From Octopus sinensis (Eukaryota), in assembly GCF_006345805.1 (NCBI RefSeq), contig NC_043018.1:2356001-2420000 (forward strand): a stretch of DNA of 64,000 bases, written 5' to 3'. The notes below the pieces were generated by a model. It had not been told where the DNA came from. It ran no database searches and saw only the letters and a list, made by a program, of their open reading frames with translations. Made by a program: the position numbers and the translations under genes. Below are positions 25,620 to 38,793 of the stretch, piece after piece (the first letter of the stretch is position 1; the number at the start of each line of letters is the position of its first letter).

Positions 25620-26830
25620 GATCAAAATTTTGATAGCACTCCAAAAACATTTAATGGTAGTTCCAAGATAAAGTCTTCGCTGATCATTATTTGATCAATA
25701 GAATAAGCTCCGTTCTTGTTTCTATGTAGAATTCCCCAAATAAACTTTGCTGTACATTTTATGTAGAACGGCGATAGTTTTACCTCCAGCATGTTGTCTA
25801 TATCACTGGAAGGGTATTTCAAAACGCGATAGTGTTTGACAGTACTCATACAAAATTTTGGTTGCTTAATTGGACGCTTGATGAGATCCCAGCCATTGAT
25901 GTGAAGAACCCAGAAGATACAAAGCGGCACACATAATTTCTACATCAACAGTGACGTAGAATGTCTCCACCTAAAAATAAAAAAGGATGTTTAACATCGA
26001 TCCAGAGTGCGTACCTCAGTCTGATAACATCATAAGACTTAGAAAATAGTTCGTTAAGAAGCATTTCTTGTCCGATAACCTGAGATACATGCGCCAAGAT
26101 GTCACACGATGTTACTGCTACGTATCATCAGATGAAAGGATAAGCGTATATCAGCGGAAGACTAAGCATGGATATGTCATCAGAAACTCTGGGATGATAG
26201 TAACAAATCAGTCTATCATGGACCAATAACGGGATTTCTAACTCACACTTTGTAGAGTATGAATTTGCAAGCAGGAAAAGGAAATCTCAACAAATACATG
26301 GTGCGAAAAGGGACAAAGATACTGGGAAAAGAAGTAAAATGTGAAAACCGATGCAGACTCTGTGGAGATTACACCGAAGATATCGCCCACATCATAAATA
26401 GTTGTCTGAAAATGACATTGCTGTATTATGTATCGATGAGACATGACGTTTTAGGTAGGTCATTATATAACGAGAAGCGTCTGAAGGATAACCCCGAGGA
26501 CAAAGAAATAAGAACCCATAATATGATGGAAGATTTAGCCACGCATGATAAAAAGGAGTACTGGTGGAAAACCTCAATAAAATGTAAACGCAATAGACAC
26601 GACATAATGCTTAGGGATAGAGAAGTGACACTGAGTAGAGTTGTGGAAATCAGATGCTCAGCAGAAGTTAACAAAGCGGAAGGTCAGCGAAAGATCAGCG
26701 AAAATACTTACGCTGAACTATTTAGAAATTTGAAGTTACTCAATCCCGATTAGAAATTCATGTTTATACCTGTAATATGTAACACATTGCCTAGTTTCTT
26801 GGAAAACTAGTCTTATCAAAACCAGGAAGG
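25620..26830 (+). mobile_element. R4/NeSL-type LINE 3' half (CCHC plus restriction-like endonuclease), possibly 5'-inverted
   Basis: LLNWTLDEIPAIDVK..HNFYINSDVECLHL, then CRLCGDYTEDIAHIINSC..MRHDV..RHDIMLRD..VVEIRC (ORF 26259-26753). Confidence 0.8.
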
Positions 26831-27478
26831 AGGAAGCTAAATCGAAGACTATAAGTCCATTCCATTGTTAGAACTGTAAGAATCTGTAAAATTTACCAGA
26901 AATTTAGCATTTATGTATATATGAGAATGTCCGGATATGTAATTATATGCATTAGAATACATACATAAAACAAAACATAAAAATCCGCACATACATACAT
27001 GCACACAAACATACCCTGTTGTTGATGTTGAAATTCCGATGAAAGAGCTGTGCATCTAGTTTAGAAACCCGTTCTTTCTCTCTTGATAGCAACTCTGAAC
27101 AAAATTGAATCACACACACATACAGTAATACAGAAACACAGAAACACACAAAGACACACACACGCACAAACACACACACATGTGTAAAAACATACATACA
27201 CATATCCTGTTTATAAATATGAGTGACTTTATGTGAGATGGTGGGTGTATGTATCATTAGGCACTTGTAAGTATTCTATTGTTTGTTTAAACACGCATAT
27301 GTAGGCGTAGAGTATATCCATTAGTATCCGTCGCCTTTTCTAGCACATAGGCATTCAATGTTTACGTGTGCATAGAGGAAAATGACTAATATGAGGAGCC
27401 GTATTTATCCACGTTTATACACGAAAACCAGAAAGACCCTAACAGCACGTTTGTTGCAGATACATACATGCATGCATA

Positions 27479-27525
<47 letters not shown>

Positions 27526-27588
27526 TATATACGTATATTGTATATATATATATATAAAGATATATATATGTGTGTATGTATGAATATA

Positions 27589-27639
<51 letters not shown>

Positions 27640-28347
27640 GTATATATATATATATACATATATATACATACATATGCGTAAAAAATCCATGTGTTTATAT
27701 GTATATGTAGAATTATCAACACATTTTTCTGCACATCAGTCTCTATGATGTAATGTATGTATTTAGTCAGAGGCATGTGTTAAAGGAGAGGAATATGCAG
27801 TGTAAACTGGAAATCAGAATACATATTTGAGGTAAAATCGGACATATATGTATATATGTATGCATACATTAATGCATAAATATGTACGTATACATATATA
27901 GATATCTGTATGTATGGTTAACGCTGCATAGATGTTATCATATCTATTTATTTATTTATTTATTTAACAGTGTATCTATCTATATATTTATCAGTGACTA
28001 TATATATATATACATATATACATATATACATATATATATATATATATGTATATATATGTATATATGTATATATATATATATAATATATATATACATATAC
28101 ATATACATATATATACGTAGGTATTTATGTATATATATATATAAATATATATATGTGTGTGTGTGTACATATGTATATATGCAAATATATTCATACATAT
28201 ATATACATACAAACGGACACACATACATACATATACATACATATAATATATATATATATATCATACATACATACATATATATATATATAATATAAGATAG
28301 ATAGATATAGATAGATAGATAGATAGATGATAGATAGATAGATGGAT

Positions 28348-28389
<42 letters not shown>

Positions 28390-28586
28390 AAAATAGATAG
28401 ATAGATAAATACTTAGATAAGCATTGAAACTGTAGATACACTGGTTTATATGTGTGTTGACATTTAAACCGACGTTATTAAAAGCTAACACAAACTCAAT
28501 CAATATTCTGAAATTTTGATCGCGTTTGCTACAAAATAATACTTCTCTATTGATTTGTTTTCCTAGTGTATAAGTGATTTTCGCTT

Positions 28587-28649
<63 letters not shown>

Positions 28650-28650
28650 G

Positions 28651-28698
<48 letters not shown>

Positions 28699-29156
28699 CG
28701 CTGTGTGTTTACCGTTATTCATTTATGGTGCGTCCATTTAAAATACTTGCATCCATGCATATGCTAGTAAGTGTACTTCTCGGTGTATGGACATATGTGA
28801 ATATGTTCCTTCTTGTGTGCTTTACTTCTTGATGTTGTTTGTATATCTATGTACTTGTGGTCGGGGTGTTGTAAGTTGGGGGTTGGTGTTAGTCGTGGTG
28901 GTGGTGATGGTGATGGTGGGGCGTGTTTTGCGATTCTGGAGATTATTAAATCGGACAAACTATCAACTGAATACATTTTATATGGAGTTTTTAATTGGAT
29001 GTGAATCTAAAACGTTATATGATTATACACCCCTTCCTTACCGACGCTCTCCACCCTTTTATTTTTTCATTCTATATATATCTGTATCTAAATGTATAAA
29101 TCTACTTATACGCGTACATATTGTGTGTGTGTATATATATATATCTATATATACAT

Positions 29157-29192
<36 letters not shown>

Positions 29193-29327
29193 TAATATAC
29201 ATATACACACGCATATATATATATGTGTGTGTGTCTTACTATGCGCTATCGAGCGTGTGTGCTTAGATAAGTCTATTCTTAAGCATTTATGCATCCAAAG
29301 ATATATACAAAAATATGTATATGCATA

Positions 29328-29364
<37 letters not shown>

Positions 29365-29391
29365 TATATATATATATACATATATACATAT

Positions 29392-29422
<31 letters not shown>

Positions 29423-29451
29423 GTGTATATATGTATGTATATATATATATA

Positions 29452-29495
<44 letters not shown>

Positions 29496-30788
29496 GTGTG
29501 TATATACAATGTGTATGTGTATGTGGGTACGTGGGTGTATAGGCGTAATCATCATGTGATAAAGCAGCAGAAAAGAAGAATGAGTTTTTCAGAGACATAT
29601 ATCTATACACTTACACGCGCGCCCATTCGCAAACACTAACGCGCACGGACACACTCACACTCGCACACAGGCACTACCACACGGAACATACATACGTATA
29701 CATAAAAATGCACAACACTTCTTTGATACATGTGGTAATATAAAAAAAAAAATTACACCAGGCACACACACACACGCATATCTTTAGATGTACGGAAGCG
29801 AACGCATAGCTTTAGATGCATGCACACAAACACTACACAGATGTAATTCACACTTTTCTAACACAATCGAGAATCTAATATAAATTCGGCAGTTTTTCAT
29901 GAAACATTTCCCCGATTCTTGGGAGAGTTGTGCATTATTCTGTATCATTTAACGTATGTAAATAAAGCACAGTATTATGTTTAATTCAACGTTTTAAATG
30001 GCGTTTTTTCTTCCTTTTCACGATTTTATTGTTTCAAGCTTGATGTAATAACGTTTCATTATGTCTTGTCTAATGCTTTGACATCGATATTTCGTTTCTA
30101 TAATTTTTTCTCCTTTTATTTTTCATATTATTTATCCGCATCTTTGAAGCGGGTGGGAAACGTTTTCATTTTACAAAGGAAAGTAATACCAGATATTGTT
30201 TGAAATACATTTGCGAATTTACAATAAAAGACGGGGAGGAGAAAATCCAAAATGTTAATAATTGTCACCGACTCCCTTTACACAGCCCTGCAAAAAATGG
30301 TGCCAATGTTTGGAACATTCATATTTATATGTTGAGTTTGAATACACAGGTTTTTGTAAATAGCAATTATTCGCGTATACATGTATACAAACATTCATAC
30401 ATGCATACAAACATATGAATCTACGATTCTGATAATTACGTGTATCAGTTATCTTGATATATATGAAACGTATGTGTGAATGTGTGTATCTGTGTGTGTG
30501 CGTGTATGTATGTATGCATGTAAGTATGTATGTATGTATGTATGTATGTATGTGTGTATGTATGTATGCATGTATGTGTGTATGTATGTATGTATGTATG
30601 TATGTATGTATGTATGTGTGTATGTATGTATGTATGTATGTATGTATGTATGTATGTATGTATGTATGCATGTATGTGTGTATGTATGTATGTATGTATG
30701 TATGTATGTATGTATGTATGTATGTGTGTATGTATGTATGTGTGTATGTATGTATGTATGTATGTATGTATGTATGTATGTGTGTATG

Positions 30789-30819
<31 letters not shown>

Positions 30820-30889
30820 CTTATGAATATATACATATATGTGCGTGTGTGTGTATGTATGTATGTATGTATGTATGTGTGTATGTATG

Positions 30890-30920
<31 letters not shown>

Positions 30921-30994
30921 CTTATGAATATATACATATATGTGCGTGTGTGTGTATGTATGTATGTATGTATGTATGTATGTGTGTATGTATG

Positions 30995-31025
<31 letters not shown>

Positions 31026-31816
31026 CTTATGAATATATACATATATGTGCGTGTGTGTGTGCGTGTACTTTTTTGTATTCATTTAATCACTTACACATGA
31101 ATGTAACCGTTTTTGAGTGAATGCATTTGTGTATGTGTAATTTAGATATCACCAACTGTGTATGTGAGAGTGTGTGTTTGTTTGTGTGTGTGTGTATTGT
31201 GTGCGTGTGAGCGTGTATATTTACGGGTGTGTGTTTTTGTATTTGGAAATATATTTTTTCCTCTCTTGAGTTATACATAATCATTTAAATGGCTTTCATC
31301 TTTATTCACGTCTGCAATGTATTCAAAAACGCTTAAATACAGAATCAGAACGAATTTTGCTGCTGAATGCTCAATGGAGGTTAACAAGTCCTGCGCTTCA
31401 CACATTTGATGAGTTGTGAGGGCAAAAATCATCAGTATAGTGTAGGAATGAATACTACGCAGGCCGCTATTGTTTTCATCACTTCTTTTCGATACACATT
31501 AATGATTTCAATTACACTGTGGAACAAATAAGACATTTCCTTAAAAAGAGTAAAAGAGTACGCTTCATACAGCTGGCAATCAAAGGTTTGAAGGTTAACT
31601 AGACCTGCCCTTTTCAGGAGTATGTTTATAAAACATAAAACATACTTATCCGTTGTACCGAAGTAGGAAGTATAACGAAGATAATTCATTATGGCCTGCA
31701 AAGTATTTTCCTAAATCACCTTGTGAGAGCACCAAAAATCTCAGGATATTAGAAGAAAACAAATGAAGCGACATAGAGCCAGAGGTTCGCTTATGCCTAA
31801 ACATCTCTCGGCGTTG

Positions 31817-31852
<36 letters not shown>

Positions 31853-31856
<4 letters not shown>

Positions 31857-32059
31857 ATCAAAACAAGAAAGCACAAAAAAACACAACAACGCGAGGACGT
31901 GGAACAAATATAGTATTATTGGACGCTCAGGAAAGAAGGAAAGAAGGAGGGTTTAACGTTTCGAGCGGAGCTCTTCGTCGGAAACATATGAGAAGGAAAG
32001 ATCCAGAGAAGGGAAGACAGAGGAAAAAAATATCGCCAACGGTACACACGCGCTCACAT
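31853..32059 (-). mobile_element. ~205-bp hammerhead-bearing element, copy 1
   Basis: Five near-identical copies with common ends (31853, 40234, 43059, 44118, 61209). Each 3' end abuts (TA)n. Confidence 0.85.
31951..31985 (-). ncRNA. Minimal type I hammerhead ribozyme (C4 core variant)
   Basis: GTTT CCGACGA A GAG-CTCCG-CTC GAA ACGT T AAAC: stem I 4 bp, stem II 3 bp, palindromic ACGT helix III, predicted cleavage after GUU. Confidence 0.65.
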
Positions 32060-32084
32060 TTTGAATATATATATATATATAACG

Positions 32085-32352
32085 TAAAGTATACTAGCCA
32101 TCTCAATATGGCTAACCACAAAGGGTGAGTGTTACTGTAGTTTTTAGCCCCAGGAGATCATCGTCTCCAGCTGGCTTTAGGCACACTATCTGTACCCTTA
32201 TGGTATTTGCAAAGGGAGGCCATCCCTTTCTCGTAAGCCTAAGTGATACGCACCGGACCGCGGTTTCGAGGTAGTTGCCTCTTGTTAACGAGCGGTAATC
32301 ACCGGTTTACGAGAAAGGGATGGCCTCCCTTTGCAAATACCATAAGGGCACA
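32085..32352. repeat. Repeat with a perfect 42-bp inverted repeat (32195-32236 / 32307-32348) around a hammerhead-like remnant
   Basis: Arms checked base by base. The spacer is 70 nt. Confidence 0.8.
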
Positions 32353-32372
32353 ACAACAAAATAATAATAATA

Positions 32373-32466
<94 letters not shown>

Positions 32467-33387
32467 AAGAAGAAGAAGAACTTGCGGAAAAATGAAGTAA
32501 ACATTATTTCACCTGTCTCCGTTCGGTGTAAATGACATAATTAATGATTGAGTGTAATATTACCTGGGAAATTCGATCCCTGCCCTCCGTTTAAACAAAT
32601 CATGGCGGTAAAGAAAACTATCCTGACCATGATGATGATGTTTTTGGTGATGATGATGAAGATTGTGATGATGATAGTGATGATGGTGATTATGATGATT
32701 ATGATGATGATGGTGATGGTGGTGGTTTGTGGTGGTTGTGATGGTGGTTTTGATTGTGTTGCATATTCTGGCGTAAACAACACTGATATGGCAATGGTGA
32801 CGGTGGGGTGTCGCGTAACACGAGAACGAAAGCTATAGAAGAAAGAAAAGTATTGTCTAATGAAACAAAAAGAATAATTTATAATGAAATAAAAATAAAC
32901 TAAACTTGCTTAGAAGAAAGACTTTTAAGTGGAGATGCGGATGCGGTAAGATACGAGAAATCTGTAAAGTGTTTGCTATCGGAAACAACAATAAACAAGA
33001 AAAAAGCAATGGCGATATGACGGAAATTTGGAAGAAAGACAAAAGAACGGATAGATAAAAGGTTGAGAGGAAAAGGAAGAATAATTAATCGCTGATTTCA
33101 TTCTGTTTTATGTAGACTTTTCATTTGATGTGAATAGAGATTTTTTGTATCTGCTTTTTTGCGCAGAGGCGCTACGGTGGTTGATAGATCAAAGCCAAGG
33201 CGTCTTTATGGCTATTTAGTTACTGCATCTAATAACGCGGTCAAAATTCGGCCTAATTTGTAATCCCTGCGAGGGATAAAGTTCTAAGTTGTGTCCAGTG
33301 GGATTTGAACTGAAATATATATATATATATATATATATATTTAAAAAAAGGAGATGTCGAACACGAGTGGTGATATATATATATATG

Positions 33388-33450
33388 AAGTTCTTTTTAC
33401 CGGTTGCGCATTTGATATGCTAACAAATGCGCAACCGGTAAAAAGAACTT
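33388..33450. repeat. Perfect 27-bp hairpin with a 9-nt loop
   Basis: AAGTTCTTTTTACCGGTTGCGCATTTG-atatgctaa-CAAATGCGCAACCGGTAAAAAGAACTT. Confidence 0.95.
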
Positions 33451-33724
33451 TCACCTAATTAAATTACTTAAATTACTTCAATTATTTGTCAGCATTTTCT
33501 TCATTTCCTTTTTTATATATATATATATATATTTAAAAAAAGGAGATGTCGAACACGAGTGGTGATATATATATATATATTTACAAAAGGGAATTGCTAA
33601 CAGTCAACAGTTGACCACTGATTTTCTCAGAATAAGCAAAACTGATTTATAGTCAACCATTATATATCTCACTTATTTAATTATTGCGTCTTCTGATGTT
33701 CAGCAGAAAAAAAATTGAACCTAT

Positions 33725-33998
33725 ATCATCATCGTCATCATCATCATCATCATCATCATCATCGTCACCATCATCATCATCATCGTCATCATCATCATCA
33801 TCATCGTCATCATCATCATCATCGTCATCATCGTCATCGTCATCTTCATCATCGTCATCATCATCATCATCATTCATCGTCATCATCGTCATCATCATCA
33901 TCGTCATCATCATCATCATCATCACCATCATCATCATCATCTTCATCATCATCATCGTCATCATCATCATCATCGTCATCATCATCATCGTCATCATC

Positions 33999-34051
<53 letters not shown>

Positions 34052-34094
34052 CATCATCGTCATCATCATCATCATCGTCATCATCATCATCGTC

Positions 34095-34156
<62 letters not shown>

Positions 34157-34238
34157 CATCATCATCGTCATCATCATCATCATCATCGTCATCATCATCA
34201 TCGTCATCATCATCATCATCATCATCATCGTCATCATC

Positions 34239-34270
<32 letters not shown>

Positions 34271-34287
34271 CGTCATCATCATCATCG

Positions 34288-34334
<47 letters not shown>

Positions 34335-34363
34335 GTCGTCATCATCATCATCATCGTCATCAG

Positions 34364-34397
<34 letters not shown>

Positions 34398-34406
34398 GTC
34401 ATCATC

Positions 34407-34451
<45 letters not shown>

Positions 34452-34463
34452 GTCGTCATCATC

Positions 34464-34495
<32 letters not shown>

Positions 34496-34518
34496 CATCA
34501 TCATCGTCGTCGTCGTCG

Positions 34519-34562
<44 letters not shown>

Positions 34563-34565
34563 GTC

Positions 34566-34597
<32 letters not shown>

Positions 34598-34652
34598 CAT
34601 CATCATCGTCATCATCGTCATCATCGTCATCATCATGATCATCATCATCATC

Positions 34653-34684
<32 letters not shown>

Positions 34685-34704
34685 CATCATCATCGTCGTC
34701 GTCG

Positions 34705-34786
<82 letters not shown>

Positions 34787-34798
34787 CATCACATCATC

Positions 34799-34843
<45 letters not shown>

Positions 34844-34868
34844 GTCGTCATCGTCATCATCATCATCG

Positions 34869-34910
<42 letters not shown>

Positions 34911-34911
34911 A
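33725..34911. repeat. ~1.19-kb (ATC)n array with GTC/ACC variant units
   Basis: Direct read. Contiguous with the 3' tail of the RTE element to its right. Confidence 0.95.
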
Positions 34912-35900
34912 CATCCCGTAACTGATGCATCCTGTCGTTAGCGTGTCACTTTAGGCGCTTTAGTAATCATCCATTACCCCTGGTCTTTGTTCCCTGTCAT
35001 GCGCAGCAGGTTCGCTGTGTCCAGTCCAGTACTTGTTGTTGTCAAACCAAAAGAATCTTCTTTGTCTCTCTATCTTTCGGCCCGGTTCAGTTGTGCCCTA
35101 AAGACTGGTCCTTGACTGGTGGTTGTGGCTGGATAGATGACCGTATAAGGCAAGCCTTGATTTTTAAACCTGCGCAAGGAAAGATTCCTATTTGCCAGTG
35201 TATTGTTTTATTTGCGGCCTGACAAATCTATCCGTTTTCTGCTCTGTGTACCTATGCATAGCAGCTTTCTGAAACATTTCTTCTCAAATACCTGGAATCC
35301 TCAGTCCATGTTGTCTGTAAGAGTCCAGTTCTCGCTGGAAAACTAATGGACTTGTTTTTCCTTATAGTTTCAGTTCTGTAAAGGTAGCAGAGGGTAAACC
35401 GAGTCTTGTTATCTCCTTTTAATATTTTCCGTCTTTGGTCAAATTAGCTCGTAGGTATTTGAAGTTGTCTACTTCATTAAGTCTCTCTTCGTTTAGCATT
35501 AAGTTGGTTACTATGTTTTGGATGCTACTACTAACTAGGATCTTGCCATTTTCTGGTCACGTTCCCGTATGCTCTTGTTACCTTTTCCATTCTTGTGGTG
35601 AGTTCCTGCAGTTCGCTTCACTGTTTCTTAAAACTTTATTATCATCAGCAAGGCGCGTTTGTTAGAAATGGGCCATCCCTCAATGAAAACAAGCATTGGG
35701 GAGGTTTTGAAGTGTTTCTTGTATGAGCAGCAAGAATCAGTACTGCCTCCGATGTTGTTGTGTTTACGTCCTACAAACTTGAAGGTTTGGCAAAAGAGAA
35801 AGATAGAATATGAACAGGGAGGGTCGATTCATTTGACAAATAATTCTTCAAGGTGGTGCACCAGAATGGCCGCAGTCTCACGACTGACACAAGTAGAAGA
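34912..35900 (-). mobile_element. RTE-clade LINE, 3' ~1 kb, decayed
   Basis: ADD..ELQELTTRMEKV..LNEVDNFKYL..LYGHL motifs. The 3' UTR cgctaacgacagg...gttacgggatgtt runs into (GAT)n. Confidence 0.75.
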
Positions 35901-36783
35901 TAACGGAAAAAAATACATCATCAGAAAATTAGAATTACGTAATTAAATTTTAGACAGAGAAGAGCTAAAACTGATAAGCATTTGCATGTGTGCAGACATT
36001 TGACGGGCAGCATGTTTGTCCGGCAATTAAAAGAAGAAAAAATGTCAGTTCAAATCCCTAAAGTAGATTTCTTTCTGTTTTCCATTCAAGCTTTTGTCCA
36101 ACGAATTCTTTTGAAGGCACTTAATTGGTTCTATTTAATTGGTTCTATTTAATTGGTAATATTTAATCTCTATCTCGAGATTTGAATATCACGTCATATC
36201 TGCGGGTGTTTTTCGTTTGAATTGCGAGACGACGACGTCTCTTGCTGTTATATTTCTCACTGCTGTGCTGTCACAGGTGGGATGTCTCTTATAATAGAAC
36301 CAAAGTAAAACTGTTTGGAGATGTAAAGTCTATTGGATTGTAAACAAGAGAAATTTTCAAAACGTCTTCTTGAATAATATATCTCGATATATTTGAATAT
36401 GTGTCTACGTAAACAAACAGAATATAAGGACTTAACAAAAGTATGTACGTATATAATATACATCAGTAACTGTACACGTTATATACATGTATATATATAT
36501 GATATTATAAATGATATATACACACATAGTATATACATACATATATGTACATACCTACATATATATGTATATATACATGCATATATGGATACAGAATGTA
36601 AACAAAAAAAAAACGTGATCAAAATGAGAAAACGGGAACATAAAAACCAAAAACATGGAAACAGAAATAAATTTTTTTCGAACAAAGAAACAAAGAAAGT
36701 AACGAGACAGGTAAAATAAAGAACAATACCTTCATCAGTTGTCCCCAGATTTATCTACTCCGCGTTTCGAACGTTATACATAC

Positions 36784-36814
<31 letters not shown>

Positions 36815-36832
36815 GCGTATCTATCTATCTAC

Positions 36833-36869
<37 letters not shown>

Positions 36870-36882
36870 TATAATATATATA

Positions 36883-36957
<75 letters not shown>

Positions 36958-37144
36958 CAGAGATGTACTCGCATAGCAAGTGATTTGATCTGAGATCGTG
37001 TGCTGGAACGAAAACAATTGCAGCGTAGAAGGTGTTTGTAAGCCATTTAAGAAACACACGAAAGCCGTTCGATTCACTTCAACATTTAAGTTTAATTTGG
37101 CAAAATATTTTCGTCGCTAAAATCCGCGCTGCAATTGTATATAT

Positions 37145-37179
<35 letters not shown>

Positions 37180-38369
37180 CTTTATTTTAAGCAGCAGAAA
37201 ATTCAACAAAATCTGTTCTCTGAGTTTCTCGTTGCCGTTCATCAGACAGTTTTTGCTAGAATGGAACTGATATATCAATTCAATCTATACTCTTACAAAC
37301 GCTACAACCTTAAAAAGAAATGGACTTGTTTGATGGCCCTTTAGAAAAAACGGTCAATCTTCGAGCGATAAACAAAAAGGTCAAAAATATATGTATATAT
37401 ATATAAAAAACTTATAAAAATTATAAAATCCGAGGAAAAACCTATTGACGTTAATGAAGATAGTGCAAATTAATGCATAGAAATTAAACCTGTTATAAAT
37501 ACTGCAATACATATTTATATTAAAATCTACATATATATATCAACATACACAAAAGTATGCGCGTAAACGCCATACATACATATACAGACGTATGAATATA
37601 AATCTAAATATACACATAAAAGCATGTGTACATATATTCACGCAAACCGTCTCGCACGCAAGCTAAAATTCATCTATGTAGCAATTCTCATATACTGAGC
37701 AAGGAGGGGGAACGAAAGAAAGGGAGAGAGAGAAAAAGGAACGAAGGAGGGGTGGGGAAAAAAACGAAATAAGAAAAAAAAGAAAAAAATAAGAATAAAA
37801 AATGATGAATTTTAGCTTGCGTACGAGACGGTTTGCGTGAATATATGTACACATGCTTTTATGTGTATATTTATATTTATATTCATACGTCTGTATATGT
37901 ATGTATGGCGTTTACGCGCATCCTTTTGTGTATGTGATATATAATGTAGATTTTAATATAAATATTATTGCAGTATTTATAACAGGTTTAATTTCTATGC
38001 ATTAATTTGCACTGTCTTCATTAACGTCAATAGGTTTTTTCCTCGGATATTATAATTTTTATAAGTTTTTTATATATATATATACATATATTTTTGACCT
38101 TTTTTTTATCGCTCGAAGATTGACCGTTTTTCTAAAGGGCCAATCAAACAAGTCCATTTCTTTTAAAGGTGTAGCGTTTGTAAGAGTATAGATTGAATTG
38201 ATATATCAGTTCCATTCTAGCAAAAACTGTCTGATGAACGGCAACGAGAAACTCAGAGTAACAGATTTTGTTGAATTTTCTGCTGCTTAAAATAAAGCAT
38301 ATTACTCTACCACTGGTATTGAGTACTCTTTTTTCCACCTTGTTCACATTTATGTGTTTACTCCGGTAT
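37180..38369. mobile_element. Foldback (head-to-head inverted dimer) of a PLE-type hammerhead repeat; arms 37180-37674 and 37804-38297(-38369)
   Basis: The ~495-bp arms are reverse complements with a 129-bp spacer. Same family as 51251-51970 and 53581-54235. Confidence 0.9.
38221..38270 (+). ncRNA. Type I hammerhead-like motif with an atypical stem II
   Basis: CAAAAACTGT CTGATGA A CG-GCAA-CG A GAA ACTC-A-GAGT A ACAGATTTTG: stem I 9/10 bp, predicted cleavage after GUA. A second near-intact copy lies at 54159-54208. Confidence 0.55.
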
Positions 38370-38374
38370 ATATA

Positions 38375-38432
<58 letters not shown>

Positions 38433-38523
38433 ATATATATATATACATATATATATATGTATATGTATATGTATGTATGTATATATATATATATATGTAT
38501 ATATATGTTTATATGTAAATATA

Positions 38524-38587
<64 letters not shown>

Positions 38588-38793
38588 TAATTCTGTGTTT
38601 TTCTGCCTTGTGAACAATTAACACGGAAAAAATAGATAAATAGTTATCAGGGTAGCACAAAATCACACAAATCCAAAGGGTGTAGCTCCTCGTTTTAAAG
38701 GTAGAAAATCCGGGTTTATGTGAAATATTTTGTATAATATATATATATAAGTACTTAAATTGAGTTAAACGCAGGTGTTATTCAAATACGTTT

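Noticed and set aside
31432-31701. 89-aa unique-looking ORF (MQAIMNYLRY...)
   Set aside because: No recognisable motif or splice support, and its length is within chance expectation.
33677-34930. 417-aa poly-D/M ORF and the overlapping 413-aa and 307-aa ORFs
   Set aside because: They are stop-free translations of an (ATC)n array that is the tail of an RTE element; there is no unique coding sequence.
36725-36780. GAAACGCG..GTA and CTGATGAAGG on the minus strand (type II HHR order)
   Set aside because: Neither stem I nor stem II pairs.
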